Source: Callorhinchus milii
Taxonomy: Eukaryota
DNA length: 64,000 nt
NCBI RefSeq assembly: GCF_018977255.1
Contig: NW_024704743.1
Span: forward strand, 10,356,001-10,420,000
Reading direction: 5' to 3'
Shown: piece by piece, positions 1 to 11,030 of the stretch
Numbering within the stretch: the stretch's first letter is position 1
How the letters are laid out: each line of letters begins with the position of its first letter
The notes under the pieces: generated by a model
Database searches by the model: none
What the model was told of the DNA's origin: nothing
What the model saw: only the letters and a program-made list of their open reading frames with translations
Program-made: the position numbers and the translations under genes

Positions 1-504
1 TATAATTAAATATATTGCATATAATAAATATATATTAAAATGGAAAAATTGTAAGTGATGAAACTCTGAACTGTTTGTTTGTGGGACATTGCTGTGAGCA
101 AATTGGCTGCTGCATTTGCCAGAATACACAGTAACCACACTTTACAATAATTGTGAAGTGCTTTGAGGCTCCTTGCAGTGTGAAAGGTACCAAATCAAAT
201 GGAAGGATTTTAAAAAAATATTATACATATAATTATAGACTTTTGAAAATCAGTCTTAATTTGGAAGTCAGCTCTAAAAAGTGCAGAAAAAAATGTCTTC
301 CAAATTCATTCTGTGGTTCCAGGACCATAGAACCATAAAAGTTTAAGGCACAGAAGCAGGTCAATCAGCTCTTCATGTCTGTGCAATCCTTTTAAAGAGT
401 AATCATTTCAGTTCCATTTCCCTGCCTTTTCCCCGTACCAAAATGCAGAAAAAAGCATATTAATATTTAACTATGACCTTCAATCAAAACTCATGAACCA
501 TTTT

Positions 505-740
505 GCAAAGGTGGGACAAAACCTTAGGTAAGTTTCCTTACTCTACACATCTCTGTTTACCTAGCAGTAAGTAGGAACCCAGTTGTTAGTCGATTGGCAT
601 ATCGCATTCTTGGTGGGTAATAATCACCACCCCCAAAAAAATGTGGTCACTCAATTCACTTCACAATATATTCTATGAAGCACTTTAGATGTCTCAACTG
701 CATGATAAGGCACAATATCAAATGCAAATATTATTATTAC
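505..740 (+). mobile_element. tRNA-derived SINE, long (Meta-like) form, 5'-truncated with internal deletion
   Basis: TTTCCTTACTCTACACATCTCTGTTTACCTAGCAGTAAGTAGGAACCCAG core and 3' end ..ATCAAATGCAAATATTATTATTAC, matching the complete copies at 48373-48740 and 55434-55800. Confidence 0.8.
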
Positions 741-1510
741 TGTTTTCCAGAACATAGTGTATAGATCCGCTGAAATCCTGTGAAATCCTGAGGCACCTCC
801 ACACGTAGGTATGCAATGCATTGAACCAGCTTCCAAAGTAGGATTGAACAGTAGAAAATTCTACAATTTTGGACAACCTTAAATTTTTAGACAAAATGCT
901 TTGACAGGCTGAATTTTAGACCACAGATTTGAGACATAACCTTTGTTGCTTACCTCTACCCTCTGGGCTATGGCTGTGCACAGCTCACATTCAACAGCAA
1001 CAGATTTTCATAAATTAAATGCTAACACCTTGCCATAATATATTCAGGCACTCTTCTTTACTTTATATGTTTATTGATTGGGAAACAATGATACACAACC
1101 ATCTGGAACTATTTGGCAAGTTTCTGACCCAGTCGAGCTCTGTGCGTGACCTGATGCAGAACCTGATGTGTGCTGCTTGCCCACAGGTCGAGCTTATTGT
1201 TTTCGAATGCACTGGAGGCCTGATGATGGGAGCATTCTTTTTAAAAGGAACATCTGCTCAGCACTGATTCATTCATCACGCACTGTGTGTACCTTGCTTG
1301 TTTAACAGGACAGTCAAAAGAAATGCTATGTGCCCATCAATCGGGCACGTTTCCACCGAATGGAAACCTTGTGGTTGTTTGCTGCCCCCTTGAGACTTCC
1401 GATGGCCGTAGAGATCTCTCGGGATTTGAGACTGGGGAGAATGTTGCTATTACATTGAGGAAGAAAGGAAGGAAGAAGCGACAACAGCAACTTGCACTAA
1501 TGTAATGCCT

Positions 1511-1802
1511 TTTTGCAAGCGAGAGACCTGAGTTCAATTCCAGGCAGAGGGCGAAACCTTGGGCAAGTTTCCTTACTCCATATGCCTAATAATAATCCCT
1601 CCAAAACCAAACCCAATAATAAATTGGTCATTTTCAATCTACGACTGTTTGTGGGACATTGCTGTGCGCAATTGGCTGCCGCGTTTGCTCACAAATATAC
1701 AGTCAATTCACTTTACAGTGTGTTCCGTGAAGCGCTTTGGGACGTCCTCTCGACGTGAAAAGCGCTATATCAAATGCAAGAATTATTATTATTATTATTA
1801 TT
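1511..1802 (+). mobile_element. Young tRNA-Ala-like SINE, short form, 5'-truncated
   Basis: B box GAGTTCAATTCC, Deu-like 3' body (CTGTTTGTGGGACATTGCTGTGCGCAATTGGCTGCC), L2-like end GCGCTTTGGGACGTCC..AAAGCGCTAT and (ATT)n tail. Near-identical to 5345-5667 and 46680-46953. Confidence 0.93.
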
Positions 1803-2417
1803 TCATGTAGGATAAGTTCTTATAGTATGCAAACCTGAACAACATGGAATTGGAGTGTGAGACGGAGTAAGATGGAGTTGACTGAAGGCCTGGTCAAAGG
1901 CAGGGTTTCTTTTTAAGAGTTTTGAAAACAGGAAGGGAATGAATGAAGCAGAAATATAATAGCAGGGAGTTGTGGAGAGCAGGTGTCCAGTAGCTTGAAG
2001 GAATGAAAGTGCATTGTTGCAAGAAGGTTACAGAGGCCAGAACCCTGGGACTCATTTATAAAGCAGCTTGATGCAGTGCTGGAGGGATGGTCGGGTGGGT
2101 GACAGGGAAGGATGAGATCGGATAGGCCGAAGAGTCTTCTTCATCCAGACCAATCTTGTGATCTTATGAGGTGCGTTAAATCTGTACTAGTCATGTGACC
2201 ACTTCAGGGTTATTTGCGTCATTTTATTAAATTGATCATTCACTCCATCGCATTGTGAGTGAATTGGCTGTTGGTCTACAAAATACCCAGTGATTAAGCT
2301 TTACAGGAAAATCCTGTGAAAAGTTTTGGCATGTCTCAAATATAAAAGGCACTCTATCAAATACAAAGATTATTATCATTGATCTTTTTATGGTCCCAAC
2401 CCTTTGACTTGATCCGA

Positions 2418-2894
2418 CTATTCAAATGGATAGATCTTGCCGATCTCCCCAGCTCCACTACCCACAAACTACAACTTACCCCCATCACACCAGTCCTCAC
2501 CAGGTAGCAAGTACTGGCTACCTATCACAGAACAGATCAATTTCAAGATCTACTCACTCGGCTACAAATCCCTGGCACCTCCCTACCTTTTTGACCTGCT
2601 TTCTCACCACTCCACTACCTGCTGCCTCTGCTTAGCTGGCTCTGGCCTCCTGCTTATTTCTCGTTCCGTCCACTCCACTATCGGTGACTGCGCTTTCAGC
2701 CACTACGCCTGAAGCTTTGGAACTCTCTCCCCAATTCCTTGTGCCTTGCCCCCACTTCCTCTTTTTTAGATCACGACTGAAGACCATGCTTACAGTCACC
2801 CCTTCCCTCCCCCTGGCTCATGTTCCACCACTTTTCAACACTCCGAGATGCTGTCCCATGAAGGACACTTTATAAATGCAAGTTGTTGTTGTTG
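2418..2894 (+). mobile_element. L2 LINE 3' fragment
   Basis: Translates WLPITEQINFKI..YKSLAPPYLFDLL..TIGDCAFSHYA (L2 ORF2 C-terminus); ends TATAAATGCAAGTTGTTGTTGTTG. Confidence 0.85.
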
Positions 2895-3074
2895 CCTACA
2901 ATTAGAATTTGATTGCTTTGTCCGAAGACATGTGGGATCAGACTAGTAATTCAACCTCATGCACATTTATTCAGTGAAGGAGTTTGACTACTGTAGCGAA
3001 GGTGAGAAATTAAGTTTTAGCGATCGGATGGACTTAGCCTGAAGTCTCTGGGCCAATCATTAAAAGTTATTTCT

Positions 3075-3350
3075 TTGATAAGTTTTCAGGTGTGATTTGA
3101 AGATGGCCAAAAAGGGAGCAAGATGGAGGGATTGAGATAGAGAATTCCAGAAATTCAGGGCATAGTGGCTGAAATCACGGCTGCTAATGATAGACAGGAG
3201 GGGAAGAGGGACATGCAGAAGACATGAGGCATCTGAGTGAAAGAGGCAGGTACTGGAATAGAGTATGAGCAGTTCAGAGTAACAAGAAGGTGCCAGGGAG
3301 TGAAGCAATTGGAAAGTAAGAGTGAGGATCTTGAAATATTTTTCAACCCA
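3075..3350 (-). mobile_element. L2 LINE 3' fragment
   Basis: FKILTLTFQLLHSLAP..RDFSHYALNFWNSLSQSLHLAPFLAIFKSHLKTY in the ORF track. Confidence 0.85.
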
Positions 3351-4139
3351 TTTAAAATACCTGTATGAGATCTCCTCTGAATTGTCTGCTCTCAAAGCTC
3401 AAAGATATGATAAAGTGCTAAATCAAAATGCAAGGATTATTATTATTAGTAGTAGTATTATTATATAAGACTGAAGAGACCCAGCTTGTCGGATTGTTAC
3501 TGATAGCATATCCCTGGAGTCAACCGTATCTTGCTCATGTGAATGACCCCATCACTGTAAGTGAGGCGCTGAAGCGGCCCTCAGACAAAAATTAGGGCAC
3601 ATGCAATATCATCAGACCTTTTTCAATCTAATATGCCATGTCAGGTACACTGTTGTTACTGAAATTGCAAGTTTTATTCCATTCAATCTGTTGACTCTCC
3701 TATAAGCGTTGTGCAGTTTTATACCACTGATGTAGCTTGTGTCCCTGGTTATATTCATGTTAATAATAACAATATTACCATTAATAATTAGTATTTGATA
3801 TAGCACCTTTCACATCAGGAGGATGTCTCAAAACTTTTCAACAACAACTTGCATTTATATAGCGCTCTTCATGTGTCCCAGAGTGTTTACACAAGATTTC
3901 TAGTGTAGATCTTTAGTGTCTGTGTATTTTGTAAGCAAATCGAGCAAACAATCATGAAGTGAGTGACCAATTTTATCTGGGGTTATTTGGCCAGGAAATC
4001 AGGAGAAACTCCCTACTGCTGTACTGCTCAGACAGTGCATAGGCATGGAAGTAGCCTGCACTCCCAGGAATTTTCACGTTTCATTTGCATTTTGCAAATC
4101 TTCAGGCTTTAGTTGTTTTTTTATATCATAAGGGGATGG

Positions 4140-4423
4140 GCATTTGGCTGATGTTTCTGAGGGAAGAAAGACATTTACCCTTTGGAATTCCAGGCCACAG
4201 TCCTTCAGCCTGCTGACTCCCTTGCCTCCTTCAAGGGTCATCTCAAGACTCTCCTTTTTGACTGAGCTTTTGGTTATAGTCATATCCCTACCCTCCCTGC
4301 ATTCCATCCCTCCCGATCCCAACTCCCAGCTAGGGTTCAAATCTCTGACTGTCCAGCATTTTGCAACGTCCTCCCAACTTGAAAGATGCTATATAAATAT
4401 AACTTGTGGTTGTTATTGTTGTT
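4140..4423 (+). mobile_element. L2 LINE 3' end
   Basis: CTTTGGAATTCC..TTCAAGGGTCATCTCAAGACTCTCCTTTTTGAC, L2 3' stem region and GTT-type tail. Confidence 0.75.
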
Positions 4424-4700
4424 AATCTGATTGCCAAACTTTCAACAGCACAGTTTCCCCCCAAAGTAAAATTCTTTCACATTCTAAGAGTCACATTCAA
4501 TACACTTTTGAATGAGAACGGTATATTGTTGCATGTACAATGATGAATGACCATTCTATCTACCTTTAAACTGCAAGCCTGTTTTGTCTTAAAATTTAAG
4601 CTAGCGCAGAATTTTGGAAAGATCTTAAATTCAATCCTAATTTGGAAAGCTTTTATTTAAGAACCAACTATCACTGGTAGCTTCCAGATGAAAGCTGAAT

Positions 4701-7246
4701 TAGAATCATAGAATTATACAGCACAGAAGGAGGCCATTCAGCCCATCGTGTTTGAAAAGAGCTATCCAATTCAATCCCTCTACCCCACTCTCTCCCCATA
4801 GCCCTGTAAACTTGTCCTCCCCAAATAATTATCTACTTCTCTCTTAAAAGTTGTTATTGAATTGGTTTGCACCATCCTTTCAGGCATTGCATTCCAGAGC
4901 CAAACAACTTGCTGTGTGAAAACATTTCTCCTCATCTCCCCTCTGTTTCTTTTAACAACTATTTTAAATCAGTGACCTCAGGTTACTGACCCACCCGCCA
5001 GTGGAAACAGTTTTCCTTGTTCACCTATCGAATCCCCTCATAATTTTGAAAACTTCTATTAAATCTCCTCTTAACCTTCTCTGCTCCAAGGAGAATAATC
5101 CTCGCTTCTCTGGCCTCTCCTGATAACTGAAGTCCCTCATTCCTGGTAACATTCTGGTAAATCTCCTTTGCACCCTCTCCAATGCCTTGACATCCTTCCT
5201 GAAGTGTGGTGCCCAGAACTGAACACAGTAACCCTAACCCTAAGCTGAGGCCTAACCAGTGTTTTATAAAGGTTCATCATAACTTCCTGACTTTTGTATT
5301 CTATGCCCCTATTTATAAAGTCTAGTATCCTATATGCTTTTTAATAGTAATAATAATAATAATCCTTGCATTTGATATAGCGCTTTTCACGACGGGAGGA
5401 CGTCCCAAAGCGCTTCACAGAACACACTGTAAAGTGAATTGACTGTCTATTTGTGGGCGAACGCGGCAGCCAATTGCGCACAGCAATGTCCCACAAACAG
5501 TCGTAGATTGAAAATGACCAATTTATTATTGTTTTTGGTTTTGGAGGGATTATTATTAGGCGTGTGGAATAAGGAAACTTGCCCAAGGTTTCGCCCTCTG
5601 CCTGGAATTGAACTCAGGTCTCTCACTTGCAAAGCGAGTGCTCTAACCACTGAGCTACAGGACTCCACTTAACAGCTTTATCTGCCTGTCCTGCCACATT
5701 CAAAGATTTGCTTATATGAACCCTCAGGTCTCTCTGTGCCTTTACCCCCTTTAAGATTCTACCATCAGCTTATATTGCCTCTCCTCATTCTTCCTCCCAA
5801 AATGCATCACTTTGCATTTCTCCACATTAAACTTCATCTGCCACGTGTCTGCCCATGTTACCAGTCTGACTATGTCCATTTGCAGTCTGCTACTATCCTC
5901 CTCACAGTTTACTACTATTCCCAGCTTAGTATCATCTGCAACCTTGGAAATTGTACTCCCTGTACTGAAGTCCAGGTCATTTATATAGATCAAAAACAGC
6001 AGTGGTCCCATTACCAACCCCTGAGGGGTACCACTGCACACTTGCCTCCAGTCAGAAAAACAGCCATTCACCACCACTCTCTGCTTTCTGTCTCTCAGCC
6101 AGTTCTGTATCCTTTAAAACCATGGGATTCTATTTTGCTTATGAGGCTTTTATGTGGCACTTTATCAAATGGCTTTTGAAAATCCATATAAACTACATCA
6201 ACTCTCAACCTTCATCCACCCTTTCCGCTACTTCATCAAAAACACTTTCAGGTTTGTTAGACAGCCATGTTGGCTGTCCTTTATTATCCTATATTTTTCT
6301 AAGTGAAAATTTATATTGTCCCAGATTATAGTCTCTAGAATTTTTCCCACTGTTGACGTTAGGCTGACTGGCCTGCAGGTCCCGGGTTTATCCTCTGCCG
6401 CTTTGTGTACAGGGGAATAACATTTGCAACCCTCCAGTTCTCTGACACCACCCCGGTATCCAAGGACGATTGAAAGATTGTGGCCAAAACCTCCATTATT
6501 TCCAACCCTTACTTCCCTCGGTAACCTAGGATGTGTGCCTCCCGGACTGGGTAACTTATCTACCTTGAGTACCATCAACCTTTTTAGCACCTCCTCGCCA
6601 TTTATTCTGATCTTATCCAATTTCTCTACCCTCACCTCCAATACTGTGGCATTGTCTGCATCCTCTTTTGCAAAGTACTCATTTAGTATTCAAAGTACTC
6701 ATTCAGCATGTCAGCCATGCCCTCTGCCTCCACATGAAGATTTTCTCTTTGGTCCCTAATTGGAACCAGCCTACCTGTGACTAATCTTTTATTCTTTATA
6801 TGCTTGGAAAATACTTTAGGGTTTCCTTTTATGTTACCTGCTAATCTTTTCTCAAACAATCTTGTTGCCCCTCTTATTTCCTTTTTCAGTTCTCCTCTGG
6901 CTTTCTATATTCTATTTGATTATCTTCTGAATTTTGGACCTTATATTTATCACAAGCCTCCTTTTTCTGTTTTATTTTAATCCCAATTTCCTTATTCATC
7001 CAGGTAGATTTTGATGCCCTATCTTTCCCCTTTGTGGGAATGTATTTGTTCTGACCCCAAACTATCTCCTCCTTGAAGGCTTCCCATTGCTCATTAGCTG
7101 TTTTATTTGTCAACCTTTCTTTCCAGATCACCTTGGCTAGGTCCCTTTTAACTCACTGAAATTAGCCCTCTTGCAGTTGATTATCTTCACTTTTGATTGT
7201 TTCATGTCCCTTCCATAAGTACTCTAAAGCTAATGATGTTGTGATC
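4701..7246 (-). mobile_element. CR1 LINE, 5'-truncated, decayed ORF2 with intact 3' end; interrupted by SINE at 5345-5667
   Basis: Minus-strand frames give WKERL..QWEAFKEEI, RPVSLTSTVGKILETII, SGTPQGLVMGPLLFLIYINDLD..VADDTKL. The 3' tail ATTCTATGATTCTA reads TAGAATCATAGAAT at 4701-4714. Confidence 0.95.
5345..5667 (-). mobile_element. Full-length young tRNA-Ala-like SINE (short form)
   Basis: Head GGAGTCCTGTAGCTCAGTGGTTAGAGCACTCGCTTTGCAAG with A box (5647-5657), B box (5604-5615) and a TGC anticodon-like loop. Deu-like body, L2-like 3' end, (ATT)n tail. TTAA on both sides (5341-5344, 5669-5672). Confidence 0.95.
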
Positions 7247-7520
7247 CCACTCAGCTCCTGTTATTAACCTTTTAATCTTGCAAGCCAAAGCCTTTATGTT
7301 TAGAATGGTTGTATCTGGACAAGCACCGAGGAGCTTGCCAGACATTGCTCTCAATGTTCTGTATGAATTTAGCTGGTTATACTCCAGCAGTACTCCTATT
7401 CACAGTCTGGGGTCCCCAAGCTCTTGCCTACCTGCACTTAATATTGTGCAGATTTAAATAAGTAACATGCATTCCTCCAGGGAGAGAGTACGTATTCCAT
7501 TCCAAACACGAGAATTCCAG
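7247..7520 (+). repeat. Unclassified ancient dispersed repeat family A (fragment)
   Basis: Shares CCACTCAGCTCC, TGGGGTCCCCAAG, TGCATTCCTCCAGGGAGAGAG with 42021-42420 and (reverse) 19820-20260. Confidence 0.75.
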
Positions 7521-7994
7521 TTTGGATACTCTTAAGCATGGTAATAGGTTTCCGCGTGTGCCAAAAAAGTGCGTGGCTGCCAAAAAAATATATCTTTCTT
7601 CCTCTTTCAGATGGAGGTTGAACTTGATGAGTATTTCCATCACTCTATTTTTATCTCACAATTCCAGCTTACGCTGCTGTTTTCCCCCCTTCCCTTCACA
7701 AACCTCGCAGTGTTGAATATCTGTTAGGCTATTCAGGACTTATTTGAGAGAGGAAAACAAATTCACTGGGACATGAGAATAGCCCTCAGACTCAGCTAGC
7801 AGCCGCTTAAGACAAATGCTTGTGCAGGTGACAGCCAAACAAGGAAGATGTACAATTAAATAAGGGCTAGATAGATTTTCTCCCCTGATAAAGCAACCTT
7901 ACACTAACTGATACTCCTGGGGCTTATTTTGATTGGAAATCTCAGGGATCCTGAGCTTTATTTTGACTTCGATAATCCCTTAAAGGATCTGAGG

Positions 7995-8125
7995 CGGTGA
8001 CAGCAGGAGTACCAACATCAATTGTTTTCAAACACATTTGATGGATTACAACCGATCCCGGATATTTCAACATCAAAGTGGGAGGCAAGCGTATCGCACT
8101 TAATGCTTTGAATATCGGAAGAGCT
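7995..8125. promoter_or_regulatory. Candidate developmental enhancer / conserved non-coding element (motif cluster)
   Basis: Non-repeat DNA with TGACAG (7998-8003), ATTGTT (8021-8026), TGATGGAT (8039-8046), GGATTA (8043-8048), ACATCAAAG (8070-8078), CTTTGAA (8106-8112) and several retained CpGs. Confidence 0.4.
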
Positions 8126-9404
8126 TTTCCTTAGTTTTCGAAATACCCACATCTGCTTTGTTTCTTTTATATGATATCTGCAGCCTTTTGTCAATTTCGG
8201 CCATGGTCGTATGGTGAAGGATATAATTACATACCCAGAAAGACTAACCCAATTTATAACATAGTTGGAATTGGATCTTGCCACTACTTGTAATCTGAAT
8301 GTTAAAACATCTTGCATGGTCTGCAAAGAAGCACACTATTGAAATTACAAGATGTCTAGTAAGAGATTGCAATGGGTGCTCTATGTTTTTCTTTGTCCTC
8401 TCAGGCCCAGTGTTGTTATCCCTCCACAGTCTTGCCTTACCCTAACTCTGTGGCCTCTTCAAACCCTACTAACCCTTTGCTCAGAGACACTGGCCTGCTT
8501 CATGTCCTCCACCCTACCTGTCCCACCATCGGAAAGAAAGCTTTCTTTCTATCTGACACCACTCTTTGGAACGCCTTCCCAGACTCACTCTGACTCACTA
8601 ACTACCTCACCTTATTCAAAATCCTTTCTCTTTGACCATGCTTTCAGTCGTCAAGATACTTGGGGAAACCTCCTGACACCATGCAGTTTCCTCAGAGAGA
8701 TCTTCCGCCTTCCCAAGTGAAAAACTTTTCTACATCCTTCAAATGCAAGGATTATGATTATTATAAAATATTCTTGGGATCTTTAATAATAATAATAACA
8801 TTCTTTGCATTCGATACAGCTCCTTATCACGTTTTGAGATGTCTCAAAGCGTTTCACAGGATATACTGTAAACTGTAATGACTGTGTGTATTGTGAGTGA
8901 AACACGGCAGCCAATTGCGCCCAACAGTGTCCACAGTCATGGATTGAGTGACCAAATTATTATTATTTACAGCGATGATTTAGTGGTCCACTTCACCAAA
9001 CACAATATCTTGTGTCCCAACATTTTGTCTATTCCAGCTAAATGAGCAAAACCCGGCTTTAATTTAAGTACAATATATGTCTTGTAAAATTGCTGGTCAC
9101 TGTGATACTTTATAATAAGGCTTTGATATGTCACCGAAATCCTAATAGTCAGTACGTCACACGTACTGGGTGAGCATGGGGCTTCATTATTATTATAAAG
9201 TAGTCAAGCCATTGTTGCATTATAGTGCACTTCTGCTGAAAGACTAGAAACCAGGCTGAAATGGGCATAAGACAAAGTCAGCGTGATAGCTGAAAAGTGC
9301 AGCCAACAGTAACACACACAAAACATTGTCACAGAGGAGCTAAGCAAATATCCAACACATTTGTAAGAGCACATCCTATTTTTATTAATAATATTATTAC
9401 TATT

Positions 9405-9696
9405 ATTAATAATAATCCTTGCATTTGATATAGCGCTTTTCACGTCTACTAGACATCTCAAAGTGCTTCACAGAATGAATTGTGAATTGACTATATATGT
9501 GTGGGTGAAACGCAGCAGCCAATTATGCACAGCAATGTCCCACAAACAATTGTGGATTGATTGACCGAATTTTTTTTTTTTTTTGAAGAATTATTATCCC
9601 CAGAAAAGCAATCCACAAATTGACAAACAACTGGGTTCCTACTTACTGCTAGGTAAACAGAGGCATGTGGAGTAAGGAAACTTACCTAACATTTCA
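9405..9696 (-). mobile_element. tRNA-derived SINE, long form, lacking its head
   Basis: (AAT)n tail, Deu-like body, GGGTTCCTACTTACTGCTAGGTAAACAGAGGC core; stops where the Helitron-like element begins. Confidence 0.85.
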
Positions 9697-10000
9697 TCCT
9701 TATCTTTTATATACTAATAAAATGACAATATCTGTCTGTGCTTCAAGAAGGATCTCAATAACTGATCGATGTAGAGCCATGATTTATACTCATCAGAAAG
9801 GTCTTGTAACTGGAAGTGACATGGGCATGGGAGTGTCGGGAACAAAATAAAGAACGCAGACGAAGCTAAGTCACAACAACAACAATAAGATTACATTTTA
9901 CAGATGAGTATAGATAAAGATGAAATGTCTGTCTGTGTGTCAATCTACATTCCAAATTGTATCCTTTGGTTGCAAGCATAGCTGGAATGGGTACAGCTAG
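9697..10000 (+). mobile_element. Probable non-autonomous Helitron (possibly two tandem units)
   Basis: A|TC start followed by TATATACTAATAAAATG and TCTGTCTGTG; second ATAAAGATGAAATGTCTGTCTGTGTGTC at ~9915-9941; ends GGGTACAGCTAG|T (CTAG 9997-10000). Confidence 0.55.
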
Positions 10001-10460
10001 TATTATAAGAACACATCTTGTCTGAAGAGGAAGAAGACACAAACACTGTAACTGCTAAGGTTGCATAAATGGAACCATGCAGGAATAGTCAATACCACGT
10101 TTAGGCCGAGTTACCAAATCTTATTGCAAACTTGTGAGCAAGATCCACTGTGCTTGAAAAGAACTTTGCACACATGTTCTCCAATCCCAATTGAATACAA
10201 GCCTGCAAGTATTTAAGTACTAAAAAAGTTCTTATGCATGTGCCCAGGTTTTTTCCCCTTCGATAATCTTTTAACGCATCACTTTCTCGTCTGCTAAATG
10301 GCTCACACCCAATGCAGGTTCTGTCCAATTCTGTATCAGCTAATTTTAATAATAATAATCCTTGCATTTGATATAGCGCCTTATCACATCATTGAGACAT
10401 CTCAAAGTGCTTCACAGAATATACTGTAAAGTGAATTGACTGTATATTTTGAATACATAT

Positions 10461-11015
10461 TACAATACAATACAACATTGCATTTATATATCGCCTTTCA
10501 CATCAGAAGGACATCCCAAGGTGCTGGACTTTCAGGGATTTGGACACGAGCAGGGGTAGGTGTTTGGGGTAAGGGAGGGTGGAGGTCAGTGGGTTAGGAG
10601 GGTGGCCGAAGGCATGATCAAACTGGAGGGTCTTGGGACATGCTTTAAAGGAGGCAAGGGAGGGAACGAGGCAAAGGGAGTATGGGATGGACTTTCAAAG
10701 GGCGGGAGTGGAGAGGCTGAAGGCCCGGTCGCCTATAGTGGGGCGGGCCGAGTGGGGGGCATGGAGTAGGTTGAAGCCTGCTGAGCGGAGAGAGTGGACA
10801 GGTTAGCACGTCAGAGTTGGGAAGGATCAAGGTTTTGAAGGTGAGGACAAGAATTTTTAACTCTTTCCTCTGAGGGATGGGTAGCCAACGGAGCTGGGCA
10901 AAGTGGGGGTGATCGGGTCATGGAGCCTCTTGCGGGAGAAGACACAAGCTGCAGAGTTCTGGATGATCTGCAGCTTGTGAAGGGAAGAGTTGGGAAGGCC
11001 GACAAGCAGGGAACT
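10461..11015 (-). mobile_element. L2 LINE 3' fragment
   Basis: L2 tail ACAACATTGCATTTATATATCGCC; minus strand encodes L2-like GLPNSSLHKLQIIQNSAA..ILVLTF. Confidence 0.85.
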
Positions 11016-11030
11016 GGCCTACTATCTGGC

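Noticed and set aside
1221..1267. C/D-box snoRNA-like TGATGA...CTGA
   Set aside because: Too short and no terminal stem.
1513..1810. Recurring ORFs (MGKFPYS..WSFSIYDCLWDIAVRNW; RDLSSIPGRGRNLGQV) also at 5341-5668 and 46536-47040, resembling a small gene family
   Set aside because: They are chance translations of near-identical SINE copies with Pol III boxes and simple-repeat tails.
5595..5667. tRNA-Ala(TGC)-like sequence as a tRNA gene
   Set aside because: The acceptor stem does not close and it runs into the SINE body; it is a SINE head.
8018..8326. Resemblance of WPKLTKGC to the CATSPERG C-terminal region
   Set aside because: Only a few residues match, there is no full transmembrane segment and no other matching exons in the window; no gene name assigned.
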